Below are positions 49,243 through 63,100 of a stretch of 64,000 nt of DNA, piece by piece. The DNA is from Ascoidea asiatica JCM 7603 (Eukaryota; Fungi; Ascomycota). The number at the start of each line of letters is the position of its first letter. Within the stretch, counting starts at the first letter, position 1. The notes beneath the pieces were generated by a model. It worked only from the letters and a program-made list of their open reading frames with translations. It had not been told where the DNA came from and searched no databases. Both the position numbers and the translations under genes were made by a program. The stretch is from NCBI GenBank assembly GCA_001600695.1, contig BCKQ01000004.1, forward strand, positions 1,435,205 through 1,499,204, in the 5' to 3' direction.

Positions 49243-50278
49243 TGTTTGGAAATCATTGAGATCTATATATGATAGGGCATATATTGGTACTAACACCATA
49301 GGTGGTGAAGGTCTAAAAGACACGTATCTATATTAAACGTAAAAGAATTATGTATTATACAATAATGTCTGTACACTATGTATAATCATGCATAGAGGTG
49401 CATAAGTAAGCATAAATACACATAATGTTGCATAAAGTTGCATTAAGTTGCATGAAGAATACATCAATTTACATGACCTTGCATGAGTCTGTGTACAGGT
49501 ACACAGATAGTCGGATATCATGTGATATTCTAGTCACATGTCATAGATCATGTGTGCTTACCTCCGGTATAGCGTACAAAGTAGAAAAGACCTTGAGATT
49601 GGTACCAGCCATAGTCATATAACCTATAAGAGCATATTAAAGCTAAGCCACTCGGTACGAGGAGAATTAAAGAGGAGTTAGGATTTAGCGTCTATCCGGA
49701 TAGAAGTTAAATCCGCAAGGCCAATCGGATCTTGGCAGGGACGCCTTCTGGATGGCTGGATTGGCTAAGCTTAGTTTCATGTGAGATAAGGTATAATTCT
49801 CACTGCGTATACCGAATTCTCTCGCAGTAAACAGCAGACTAGTGGAGATAGTCGCGTAAGGGATCTATTCCGAGTACGGCTTCGCGATTAAAGATTATTC
49901 CCGGAAATTAGTGGGATTGTCTACCTCACTGGAAGGTGGGCTGATTGGTTTTACTATGGTAAAATTGAAATGTGAATTTCAATTGATTTCTAGTCAAGTT
50001 TGCAACCCTTTTTACAAGGTAAACTTGATTCCCACCCTGATTCTACGAAGAAATCCTGGGACTTTTGGGAATTCCCGAGAATTCTCGATAGTTCTGGGGG
50101 CCCCGTAGCAATCCTGAACTAATATAAAAGGAATCTATTTCGTCTAATTTTTTTTATATAATTTATTTAGTTTTCTTTTTAGATCATCGATTAGCACGAG
50201 TTAATTGATTAATACATAGTTTGTAAGTACGTAAAATTTATATATTCGATTTTGTAAGATGAATGAAAATTCACAACA
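49243..50278 (+). mobile_element. Probable solo LTR (~1036 bp)
   Basis: Begins TGTT and ends AACA. GAAAA flanks both sides (49238-49242, 50279-50283). The interior is GC-richer, with TATAAAAG at 50123 followed by an AT-rich R/U5-like tail. Confidence 0.55.
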
Positions 50279-51744
50279 GAAAACGACTCTAAAAGTTATT
50301 TGAAAAGGAAAAATATATTTGATACTGAAGGTAAAAATCATCATTGTAGATTACATAAGTAGGAATGCAATGTTTTTTACTGTAAGAGGCGGGTCGTCTT
50401 TCACTGTTACAAAACAGTTTTAGGCTGTTTAGTGCAGAACGCGAAATCATATTAGGACTCCTAAAAAAATTATTTGAGGATCATACGGGTTTGAGAAATA
50501 CGTCGGCCATTGGGAACTGGCAAGGTTAGAATTAGTGTTTTCCTTAATAGACGCAGCTCCGTGTTCGCAGTCGGAATTGAAATATTTGGTCACCGGTATC
50601 AATCGAAGGCGACCATAGTGCCGGCTACGACCAGCGTATTACCAGCTTCATGGTTCAGTATATACCGTGAAATGATTGATATTTTACTAGCAATTGGCCA
50701 ATAAGAGGGTTTGTGGTCAACCGCTACAATCGCTAGAATGTCCTGTAATGAAAAGTAGAAGAGACTAGGGTCTCGGTGGGATCTCCTACTTGGTGTTAGC
50801 TTCGGCAGTTAATAAATAAATTATTGTTTTGGGGCTCGGTGCAAGATTCTAAGGCAGCTTAGGCTCTCTTTGGTTGTTTGCAGATAAAAAATTAAGTACG
50901 CATCTGGCACATAGATCACGTGATATTTTTGGGAGGTTCCCTGTGAACTATGTCTAGTGATCAATCAATATTTCGATCAATTATATCAATAAAAATTCGA
51001 ATTATCAGAAGTTCTTCTTAAAAGTAATAGTTAAGTTTTTTTTGTGTTTCAAGAAAATCTCAACTAAAAAGACAAAAGTCGACCATGACTAACGTTCGAA
51101 ACGGTATTCAGGGGGGCGGATGCAAAAGTATATATTATAAAGATTGTATAACTTTCATTAACTATACACAAAAACACCAAACAATTGGCAATCATTGTTC
51201 AATATAATTTGACAATTTAAAAGGGAGTAGCTAAAATAAGTATTCATGTGGTTTTGTGCGTGTACACAACCATTATTTGTGTATTCAGTTCCTGTTCATC
51301 ATGGTTGAATAGTCAAGAAAGACCAACAGAACCACCGCTCAAAACATTTCAAGGCAATTAAAAAACTTAAAGACGAAATAATAGGGAGTTAAACTATTAC
51401 AGCAGAGAAACGGAATGAATGTTCCACGTCAGCAACAAAATAAGTATGCAACTTGTTCAAATAATGATATTGTATCAATATCCAAATTAAAAATTATTAT
51501 CGAAATCGCTGTAATCGCTAGCCATAGCAAAATATAACGCCAGCATTAATTAGGATATTGTTCGCAAATAGTTATATACATAGCTGGCACAAGCTGGTTA
51601 TTTATAAATATTTCCTGTTACGATGCATCATGGTGGCAACGCATACAATATTCCACTTTTGTAAAAATCAAACTGCATTCTACCAAAACACTTCGAAGAT
51701 TGGCTTTACATAAATATAGCTGCGTGTTAAATTTTTTAGTTTAA

Positions 51745-53886
51745 TTATAAAAATCCTTCTACAAACTGCGCGAAGTTCGGAGTTTCTTCCAAATCAAAAC
51801 CTAACATATCAAATTTTTTGTGAAGTTTTTTAATGCTGACGTTTGCTTTTATAGCATTGGCACACATTCTTAATTTTTTATCATTTAGAAGTAAGCGAGC
51901 AGAGATAAAAGCTCTTTCGCTGCACGTCCAGCTTGGAAGAGAAACAAAAATTGCCATCGCTATTTGAGTAACATGCGGTGCCAATGATTGGCAGTGTCGG
52001 AAGCACTGTAGCATGGGAAAGGGCCATCAGTGTTACTCAGATAATTCACATTATATAAATACTCGTTTGTTAGAACCTTATCCATGAACTTCACCAAAAC
52101 CGTTTCGGTATTTTCAATATTTCTCAAAGTGCATCAATTTCCACATCGCTCAAGTTTGTTTCGTTTTTGTTTCTTGTTGCGCTTGCTTCCTAAACTTCTT
52201 TTTTCTAGTTGCAAATGGTGAAGCTAAATGTAAAGCAACATGAGCACTGTGTAACTCGAGTCTGATTTCCTTTGTAAGGGTTAAGTCACCATCTTTTTGA
52301 ATTTTTCTTCTTTTTATATTAATTTTACCTTTATTCTGCAGCACATATAGTGACTCAGACTGGTCAAAAGGAACGACATGGGAGTCGCTGTCCTCAAAAG
52401 TGTTATAGGCATCACAAAATATTTGACTACCTATATTCAAGATATACTCAGGCCCTTTTACTCGTTCTAACCTTGTCAAGCATCTGTTATACTCGCTAGG
52501 TAGTGTTGCAGCAACGTAGATATTGTTGAATTGTAATTGATCTAAATAAAGATCGCACTTATTACTCATCTTATCGATTCTATTAATGGCTAGGGGAAAA
52601 GAAGACTCGAAAACTTCGCTTTGGTACATTCCATACCCCTTCCAAGTATCTAGAAGTTTTTCAAGCTCCTTAAAAAACAGGATAACCAAGTGAATTGTAC
52701 CAACATTCTCCTAGCTAAATAACAGTGTTTAAAAATCAAAAAAAACCAAGAATGTTGAAAGGATTTACATACTTTGAAATACTGCTCTAGAGATTATTGG
52801 AAACCCTTGAATACCATGGGTTAACCTGGCAATGACTGGCTCTAGTGTCCTTATGGATTTAATTTGTTTGAAACTACTGTTCCATCTTGTTCAAACTTCA
52901 ATAACAGGCAATAAAACTTTAGTATTTTTCTTTTTTTTTTGATTGAACCCCTTTAAAACTTTTTTGAATGTGATTAAATTTTAGTAGTTCTTTCTAATTA
53001 TAATGTGGATATCATAACTCTTTTCAAGCAAGGAACCAATAAACGCTGATCCTAAGTGTATAATTAAATCAATATAAGAAGGTTCACTTTCGCTATCGCA
53101 TATTGTGCCAGTCAATGCTTGTACGTATAGATGGATGATCTGGGAAGACCAACGTATTTGAACTTAATTTCCAGTGTGGACTTCCATGTTTAATGACCGC
53201 ATGAGCGATGTATTCGCAGAAGCATTATCGAGCGTAAGTTATCTGACATTTTTGACTATATCAAACTCCTGTATTATTTTGTAAATATGGTCGGCCACTC
53301 CTTATCCATTCAAAACAGGAACTTCCTGTATGCGTAAAATAATTTATTTTATCTCGAAGTGCATTGAAAAAAGTGTAGTTACAGTTACAGTGTGCTCCCC
53401 TGTGGGAGCCTGCCCAGCATCCGTAAAAAGTGACAATAGCCCAAGGATTGCCTGACGCCTGTAAAATACTTTTGAAGGCTTTGAAACATTTGCTGCGTAT
53501 CACGACGCGTAGTAGTTGGACTGGATATATATTTAGCTGACGGGTGATATTTTGAAGCCATTTTAATAAATTGAGTGAAACTAGCATTTTAATTAACATT
53601 TAGAGAGAGATAATTAGCATTCAGAAATAGTAAAAGAGCTTGATTTAAATCATTAGTATTAAATGGAAATTTAGGACTCGTTCTTCAAAGTATAATTGGA
53701 AGCTCTTTTTTTGCCTAGCAGCTTAATTAAATTATTCTGAGCATCTAGTTTCATATTTGGTCGGTATTTTCTAAAGTTGCCTTTCAATGTTTCTGGTACA
53801 TTCACTTTCTGCTGAAAGGATTTGTATTTATAGTTTTGCCGTGGCCCATTATACAAGGAGGTGGATATGGTACACTAGTCCGCCAT
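51745..53886 (-). pseudogene. hAT-superfamily transposase pseudogene (Rover/Roamer-like)
   Basis: Motifs in order: GCWAGSHRG (DxWt-like), LTLDNASAN (~53210-53240), IRWSSQIIHL (decayed CxxH), EV*TRWNSS (~52875-52900) and a C-terminal dimerisation block SWTCSERAFISA. Confidence 0.85.
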
Positions 53887-54109
53887 TGTCATTTGTATTT
53901 TCTTGGTTCACTAATTAAGATGTTGTTTAAAAGGTTGTTCGCTGTTATGTTGTTTATTAATGTGTGCATTTTAACTTTTTCTGCAAAATAACAGTCAGCT
54001 CTATAGGATGTCATGTCGAAGCACATGTGACATGTTATCTACCGGCGCCGTCCACGGTTTCTTCTTGACTACTGGCGAACCCGGCGCTTTTTTTGGCCCG
54101 TTGACGAAA

Positions 54110-54121
54110 CCGGCAACATTG
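54110..54121 (-). repeat. Candidate 5' TIR of the hAT element
   Basis: Reverse complement CAATGTTGCCGG resembles hAT termini (CAGTGTTGCC) and is preceded by GC-rich CCGG subterminal motifs. The partner TIR was not found. Confidence 0.4.
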
Positions 54122-54678
54122 GAGTAGTCTACTTAGAATATCAGTTGTCTAAAATAAACGCATGGAATATTAGAATGTTTTGTTTCTTGACTTGGAGGTG
54201 TTTCTTTATGAACCTGTTAATTATTGTTCTGGAAATCGGTACGTTGGTCGAAATCTACTTACTTATGTTGCTAGAATTACCTATGGTCTATTGGTTGAAC
54301 TGTAATACAGAATGATATGTCGATGGTGGGTGCACGCACGCAGCTACCTTACAAGAATGTTATTTGGTTTTGTTGTTTCAAGTGGAAAATAAATTAAAAA
54401 CAAAAATTAGAATCAAATAGCTGAGGAGAGACCCTAAGGGAAATCAGGAAATTGAAAGATAATGTCCACTACCATAATAAACAATGAGGTAATGTTAAAC
54501 TGTGACCATTCAGGTTGGTGTTTGCTAATGCCGGAAAATAAATGTAAGTATTATTTGCTGGACCAAATACCCGTGAAAGCTAACTGGCTAATTACAGGTG
54601 TCATTATGGAATGTTTTCCCATTAGGGATATGCAGTCAAAGTGACCAAACACAGGTTTGTTTATAGTAAAGATATTTA

Positions 54679-54976
54679 TGTGGAAACATGTGCCATCAAA
54701 TACATAGTGGTTTTATCCTGATGTATCCAGAATTTTTGGACACGACTCACCCAGTGAATGGTGTTCAAGGCTGGTATAATAGTTGAGGACCCTAATTCCC
54801 TGCTGTCGGGTAAAATCTAGAGTTTGGATACCCATAATTCATGCCGACCTTCCCGGATCACTAAAGTTCCACTTTGTAATTTTGTCCTCGTAGTCTTCGT
54901 ATTATGTAATCAATTATACAATAAATTCAGTACAACTGTTTTACAAGATTAACATTCTCAAGCTGAAAAATTTTCA
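54679..54976 (+). repeat. 5' LTR of the Ty1/copia element (3' boundary approximate)
   Basis: Starts TGTGGAAAC and aligns with 60689-60987 at roughly three-quarters identity by eye. Confidence 0.8.
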
Positions 54977-57900
54977 ATCTGAAAATTTTCAAATTTGAAA
55001 ACACAGTGCTCAATTCAATTTGATCATATAAATTTGATAATGTAATAGAATCAAAAATAAAATATCATATAATATTTAATATATTTAAACTAATAAAAAG
55101 ATTTTTTTTAAGTATCAACAAAACTTTTTAAATATATTTTAAACAATGGCTTGCGAACAATGGATGGAAACTAGTCAAATGATAATGAAAATGAAATTGA
55201 GAGTACATTATTCAACCCTACTGCTGCAAGTAATACTGAATCAATCCAACAAAAATAATGAGCCGGCAGAAATTCCAAATAATGCTTCAGAAAATATTTA
55301 TAATACAGGTCCAGAGTTATTAGAATCAATTTTATCTCATAAAATATATATAACTCCAACTTTAGATTATTTTAGAGATCCTCAAAAACTTAAAGATCCT
55401 TCTGGATATTTTACATGTTTCAAAGATTTAAGTAGTGCAATTAGAATGAACTTTAGGTCTGTTTCTCAAGTTGCTGTTAATTGTTTAGAAGCAGATGAAG
55501 ATTCAACTTTTAAAAATAAATGCATTTCAAACTGAATAAAATTGTGTTTATTATTCGGATGTACTTTTAAACATATCATTTCAGCTCAAATTGAATCTTT
55601 AAACTACGATTAAAAGCTATTAGACATTATTGCATTCGACAATTAACGCGAGGTAATTTAGGTTATTATTATCTTCAAAATAAATTTTCTAAATCAAACA
55701 ATTATCAAGAATTTTTTGATCATACTTTACATACTGCTTATTGTTTATATATGATTCAGAAAAAAATATTACTTTCAACTTAACTAAAGCACAAGAAAAT
55801 CAAAATGATCAATTTTTTCACACAATTATTACTCTCAAATTTCTTCAAGCTAGATATAGATAATGGAAAACAACTTATAATATTTTTTTCACAATTTCAA
55901 TCGTCAATAATGAATATGTATTTTTAAATGTCATCAGAAGAATCTTTTATATTTTAAAACAAAAAGTTGTTGATTATCAATAACATTCATATAAATTAAA
56001 TTCTTTTAGAAAACCGAAAACAATGATAATAACAATAAGTTTGGTCAATGAGATCATAGCAGATTCAATCAAAATCTAAGGGTAAATAGAAATCAATATC
56101 AATATAATGATAGCAGGAAAAGAAGTAATTCAAATTCTAATGATAATGATGATAATAGTTATAATAAAAGAGGTGGTTATAGAGGAAAACATTCATCTTG
56201 AAGAGGAGGAGGAGATAGTTTCGATAGACAGTTTCAAAATATATCATCACCAAGAAACAATGATAATAATAATAATAAATTTCAAAGTACTCGAAACGAA
56301 ACTTCTTCATCAAATTCAAATGAAAATTTAGGTCAACCTACAAGATCTTATGATTCTTTTGATCATCGTGCTGATCGAGAGTAACGATCTTGCTCCAGCT
56401 CGAATTGATATTTTGTTTCAAATTCTACAACTTCTACAACTTTACATAATAAGTTAAAAAATAACTCACCTATTACACATTTGTTTAATTTTTCTCCAAC
56501 CTTTTTATCTAATAATAATTCGGATAATAATACTAATACTCCATTGTTAGATCCTAGTAGTAAATATTATAAAAATGAATTTGTAGTTGATTCTGGAGCC
56601 TATATACGTACAATTTAAGGTACTGATTTATTAAGATCATGTAGAATTCAAGAAATTGATACAGATCCATTTAAAGTCATAATGGCAAATAAAACTACAT
56701 TGGAATTTTCAACTTTTTTATCAATCAAATGTTTTTTCAATCTTATTCCTTTACAAATTAAATTTATTTATCATCCTTCCTTTTAGAACTTATTAAGTAT
56801 CAAAGACTTAAATTATCACAATTTCAATACTACGTTTAGCAAAGATAATCAATTAATCCTAACTCATGAAAATGCTGATTTTAAATTTGATTCAAATTTT
56901 ATAACTCTGTTGTTTCCAAAATCTTTTAAATATACTACTTTTTCTCAAAATAATTTATTTATCAATTCCATTGAACCAAATTTACAAGTAAATAAGTCTA
57001 ATATTACTAATCATTATATCCTAACATTTAATGTTGTTAAAAATAAATCAAAAAATGAAATTTCAACTTATTTGCACCAATATTTTGGCGACATTTCAGC
57101 TAGAAAGCCTCAAATTTTACACCGTTAGAATTGAATTTCTAAATAGATACCAAATATAAATGTTAATAATGCAAACTGTAGAACATGCAATATAGATTCA
57201 AGTAGGCTACTATTTAAAAAGAATAAAAATTTAAGATGCCCAATAAATAACAATGTAAGATCCATTGGATCCGATGGACTCGAAGGTCAACATAAATATT
57301 GATCAAATGATAAATATGCATTAAGTATCAGTGAATTAATAAGTAGATATACTTTAATTAATTTCAATCCGGATAAAAATAAATTTCTGCCAACAATTTT
57401 ATGTTTTTTAAATCTAATTGATAGAGGTAATCCAAGTCAAAGACTCATTGTAATCACAAGTGATAGAGAACCAGAACTTTTGAATAATCAAATGATTTCA
57501 ACTATCAAAGATCCTGGTTATTTATTAAGCATTAGTCGTGGATATGAAAGTGGCACAAAGGCAGAAATTGACTCAAAAATCAATCAAATTGTTGGTGTTA
57601 CTTGAATTCTCAATAAATGCATACTCAGAAGTATTTTGGGATTTTCCCATAAATACTGGTGTATATATGATTAATCATTTACCAAAGGTAGACTATATAC
57701 CAAAGAAACTGAAAATTAATAATAATAATAATTCCACAAAAAGTTTGAATTCCACTAATGGATTTATTCAATAATATTAATTCATTACATGCATTACCAG
57801 CTCAGTTTATAGAACTTATTCATATAAATAGAGTTGACAATCGAGATAAACTTAATAAAAGAACTCCTGCAATATTTTTAGGTCCATTTTTATTTATGGC

Positions 57901-60688
57901 AGCCTATAATGTTTATTTAAATTCATGCAGATATAATCTTATTATCAGGAAATTTAATTAACCTGGTCAAACAGGAAAATCACTAAAGATTCATTATTAT
58001 TTTTAAAATAGTCTTTATTGTTAGCCAAGTAGTTTTAGTACTCGTAGTTGAACAGGACAAATATGGCGGAAATCAAAGATATCAAAGATTAATTCAATGC
58101 TATATTATTCATTAACTAAACAAGTTAAATTTCAACAAGTATTTCATCAAAAACAATCTACATCAGACCCAATTAATTTCTATTTCAAGCAATTTTCAAT
58201 TTTTAGTCAATCTAATAATAATTTTACTTAGAATAATTTAGAAAATAAAATTTCAATTACACCATCAATTGTCTCACCAAAAGAAGAACATGACAAAAAA
58301 AACTTCACATATATTTCAAACTCAATAATTTTAGAACCATTAGATGAAACTGATATTCATAAACCTTATACTACTAAAAAATGAGAAGAAAAATTTCAAA
58401 AAGAACTTCAAATATTATTAAAATACCATACTATTGTTCAAATAAATCAAAAATTACTCAAAAACACTAATAAAAAGTTTATCTTATCAACTAGAATTGT
58501 TCAAACAATAAAACAAATAATATTCACTCAAGCTCCAAATAGTTATGAATTCTGTAATGAAATTACCTTATTAATTTCAAGAATAGTAAAATTATGCACC
58601 TATTTCAAATAATTTACTACCTTTTTTATCAACTTATTCATCATAAACAACTTTTTCTTTTTGCTTTTGGAGATTTTCCTTCAGCATTCAGTCAATCTAC
58701 TCTTATTATAAAAAGACAATTATATATTAAAATTGAAGATCAAATATTTTTACTCAAATAAATAGTATATGGTACGCCATTGGCACCATTATTATGGTAT
58801 ACCACCATTTCTCATTTCTTAATTGAACATAAGTTCAAACCAAATAGTTATGATAACTGTTTATTTGAAAGAAATCATTTAACTACTTTATTCTATGTTG
58901 ATGATTTTCCCATTTATGGTCCGAAATAAGATCTTATTTCATTTTGCAAAATTGTATCTAATTCATTCAGTTTTACTTATCAACTAAATCCAAAACCATT
59001 TCAATTCTTAGGATTAGAAATTCAACATTAGAATAATAAATTTTCCAATTCAATAATTAAATAAATAAATAAAATGTTAAATAAACTCTGTTTATCAAAG
59101 TTAAAACCAAGTGAGATTCCTTATTTAACAAAAAGATCAACAACATTATTACAAAATTATTATTTTACAAGAAACCAAATTCAACAACTTATTGGTGTTG
59201 TAATTAATCTTAGTAGAATTATACAAGATTTAAAATATCCAATTCAAGATTTTTCCAAAAAGATTTCATGATACTGATTTGAATTTATTAATTCCTCAAA
59301 GTGTCAAGATAATCCAGTGTTTCCTATTTAGAGTGAGGCGTTCAATTATTATTCAACCTATTATTAGTCAAAATGTTGTTATATTTAACGATGCTAATTA
59401 TGCGTGCACATCTAAAAGTTTTTCAGGGACAATAATTTATTTAGATAAAAAAATAAATATTTCAAATTCAAGAAAAAACTCTATTAGGTCAACATCTAAT
59501 ATAGAAGCAGAGTTACTATCATTGTATTGTTCAATTAATTCAACATTAGAATTTATTCAATTCAATGAAAACAGAAATTAAAAATATTATCATTTATATT
59601 GATAATGAGTCACTTATAACATGGATTACAAAAGAAACAAATACTTTAACTAAATTTAATCCACATTGTCTAATTAAAATTACTAAATTAAAAGATGAAT
59701 TATCAAAATCACAGTTTATTATCAAATATGTCCAAAGTCTATCATATATACCTGACGTTAATACAAAACCCAAACGTACTGATGATAAATATGCAAAGCA
59801 TATGTTCTCTCCTATTAATTTACAATTTGGACCATCAACGGATGAACACTATATCAACTTTTTTTTCATTTCAATTGTTTTAATTTATATTTTATTTCTA
59901 ATTTTTCAACTTATTCAAATTATTGAAATGTTTTCACATTCCGAAACTTATTATTATTAACAATACTATTATTGTTCAAATTTATATACAATTGAATAAA
60001 ATTAACCTGTTATGACTCAATGATATTAAAATATATTTAAGAATTCAATTTATTAACTTAACGCATAATGCCAATTATCGGATTCAATTATGAACAGAAA
60101 ACTATTTAAGGCTTATTGCCAAATTGGAAATTATTTTATCTAACAACTAGTACCAATCCTGTTTTTATTTTTTTGTTATTTTCACCTTTTACATAATATC
60201 TAATCAAAGCCTGTCCTGATTTAGAACATTATTACTTAAAGCTTTACGCTATATGTTTAAAAGCTTTACGCTATATTTTCAAAAGCTTTATGCTGACTTA
60301 CTCTGAAAAAAAATGGATAAATTTCTTTTTGTTTTTCATGATAACAATGACCATTATGATACCTTGCAGTTTTTCAAGTTATTCTCAGTTTTGCAGACTT
60401 ACCATTATACTATTAAGTATTTTTCAATTATTTTTCAATTATTTTTCAATATTAATTTAAAATTTTTACAAAAACAAAAAAAGAAACATTTTTTTTCTTT
60501 CATTTTTACTGAAATTCAATTACTCAAAGACTACCATTGTTCAATGATAGACTACAGTACGTACCAGCTAGTCTAGTATTAAGAGATTTACACATCTAAT
60601 ATTCAATATGCTTATTCAAGTTTTCTTGAATTTTCAAATATTTATTTATTTACTTTGGTTCATATATGGCTGTCCAAATCAGGAGGTA

Positions 60689-60987
60689 TGTGGAAACATA
60701 TGTGTATCTAATACGTACAGTGGTTTTATCCTCGTGTATCCCGAATTGCTAGACATGACTCATCCAGTGAATTGTGATCCTGGTTTAAGACTCAACGACC
60801 ACAATTTCCTGCTATTGAGTAATGTCTGGAATTTGGATAGCCATCATTCAACGAGACCTTTGCGGGTCACTAAGGTTCCACTTTCTAATTTTGCCCTCGT
60901 AGTGTTCGTATTAAGAAATCAATTACATAATAAAGTCAGCACTACCGTTTTGCTAATTTTTGCATTAATCTAGAATTTGTTATAACA
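60689..60987 (+). repeat. 3' LTR of the Ty1/copia element
   Basis: TGTGGAAAC...ATAACA, preceded by the PPT-like sequence AGGAGGTA. Confidence 0.82.
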
Positions 60988-61199
60988 ATATTCTAAAATT
61001 TAAAATAAAAAATTACCATCGCAATACATATAGATAATATAATATGCAGGACAAAGGAAATAGCAAAGACACACATTGAATACTCATCAATAAAGCAAAC
61101 AGTTGCATAGCGGTACGGCCGATAGTACTGGTGAAGTAAAGGACGAAAATTTGTGATAAAATTTCCTCTACTTTAGGCTTGTTTTTAGTTTTATTACGG

Positions 61200-63100
61200 C
61201 CTGCATAAACTATATTGTAAACTCAAATGTACAAACATTTCCACATAGTTTCCTGAAAGTCAAGACCGGAAAATAATTCTTGTGTGCCATTTACCGAAAG
61301 GCTTCTTTAACCATTTCAAACCTCTGCAAGTACATTAATAACTTAAAGTAATTGTTAGAAATTTTGATATCATTTTTACTGAACAATTGGTTGTCTTATT
61401 TTTAAATTGTTTTATATTTTCTTTTTTGATTTGCTTTGTTTGAACTACGTTTGTATAACAGTTATTTTTTTCATACGTTTTTGTGTGTTTTTTGGTGATT
61501 GGATACATTTTTGTATCATCCGTATATGGGATATTATTTTCTTGCTTTTGTTTTTGTTTTCTGATACATATTGGTTTCAAGTTTCTGACGGTGTAAAATA
61601 TCAAATCTTTTATTTTATATTTTTAATACACTTTAGCATAAATTTCCGGTTTTCGGAGACGTAAGCTAGATAAGGTATGGTCCGTAAATGGTTGATGTCA
61701 AAGATCATTGATTCAACTACTATGTCAAATAAAATCGTAGAAGAACGATCGAAGTTCTTTTATGGTTGAGTGAGAAAATAAAACTTTTCAGCAGCGAACC
61801 AGAGTTGGCTCCGCACATGTGTCAGTCTCGTCCGAAACGAAAGAAAGTATCCCGGGAGTCACATTTCTTGGGCCGAATAAGTCTGAATACTGTATCCAAA
61901 ACCATCTACTGATACAGTTTGTGTTCTTTTGGGACAGTTGTGATCTTTATTGTTATTACTGTTATCAAGTAATTTTCAAAAGGTGATTGAATGGGACTAA
62001 TGCAACATCAGGTTGAGGCTTTGACATTCAAATATAAAGATAAATTTTTAAAATATTTAATTATTATTGCCAAAGCCGACATTTACATTTATGGTGGTGA
62101 AGACTCATCAATCAGTAGCTTATGAGTTTGAACCCAAATCTTATTTCTTAAGTCCATGAAAGCCAGCGGGAATTATTTTCCTATCACATTTTGCTTCAAG
62201 GAATTGTTAGTTCCATTTAGAGATAATATCCTTTCATATGTGGGCGACAATGAAATATTTTTATATTATTTAAATTATGTTCTAAGAGAAAATATATTCA
62301 GTCCTTCTGAAACTGCGATCATTAAGCCTAACAATTACAATCAAATTATTTGTTTACCAAAACTCACATTCAATCAACAGCTTTGTGTTTTATTTTACAA
62401 TAAATTTTCTTTCCAACAAATCAAAATTAATTACATTAGCGAAAGGAAATTTCGGGAATTATTTGTTAAATTATCCTAGAGCCTTATAAATATAGATTGC
62501 GTAATCAGAGATTAACTGAACGTATCGTTTGTTAGCATCGAAAAGCCAATAAACTAGAGACCAAAAATATGGAACTTGCAACTATTACTCAAAAAGGGGT
62601 TTTCTCATCAATTTACAATATTGGAAAAAGTCATTGTGTTTTTACACATTTGCCGTGTGAAAGCCAGTGGGCAGTGTATATACAAAGTTAAATAATGCAG
62701 CAAAACTAAAGTTCAGTGTCACAATGTTTCCTAGCCGAAGTTTCAAAATATGTTTCCTAACATCGATTTACTTAATGAAGTCTCATCATAATCAAATTGT
62801 GAGGATTTTCGTATTCTGAATTAATTCAGCTTTTTTTACTACTTATTTTTATTTTGTTATTAGTATTTAGCACTATTTACTTCATTAATGTTTATTTAAA
62901 TATACTCCGAATATATTATTTTTTTAATATAATCGTAGTTTTATTTTTTTTATCATCAACAATTTTAGTTTGATAACTATTAGCTTTTCTTATTATTCTT
63001 CATTTGAGCCAACTAATTGACATAGTTTATTTCCATACAGCACTGATGCATCAACAAACGGAAATGTTAACTCCCAATGCCCGGGACCTGACAAATAAAA
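61200..63100 (-). pseudogene. Possible decayed Mutator (MULE) transposase
   Basis: Minus-strand fragments in MULE order: FPFVDASVLYGNKLCQLVGSN (~63000-63065), VQLISDYAIYIYKAL..FP (~62450-62520), KIWVQ..TTINVN (~62080-62145) and SWIM-like TITLSY*CTCRG (~61320-61355). Motif spacing is longer than typical. Confidence 0.33.

Larger units (their letters stand above)
54679..60987 (+). mobile_element. Decayed full-length Ty1/copia (Ty5-like) LTR retrotransposon
   Basis: Paired diverged LTRs. Gag from ATG 55146; protease FVVDSGA (56580-56600); integrase HQYFG, CRTC, ITSDREPE and FWDFPINTGVYMINHLP; RT VYGTPLAPLLWY and YVDD (58894-58905); RNase H NDANYA, STSNIEAEL, IYIDNESL and PDVNTKP. Order is PR-IN-RT-RH, with many stops. 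Confidence 0.92.

Noticed and set aside
54955-55000. Primer-binding site of the Ty1/copia element
   Set aside because: No TGG-type or Ty5-type half-tRNA-Met PBS can be recognised, so the primer tRNA and exact 5' LTR end are left unassigned.
60608-60973. 121 aa ORF, and a minus-strand frame with only TGA stops, across the 3' LTR
   Set aside because: The equivalent frames are broken in the 5' LTR and differences are not enriched at synonymous sites. It is non-coding LTR, with no evidence for code reassignment.
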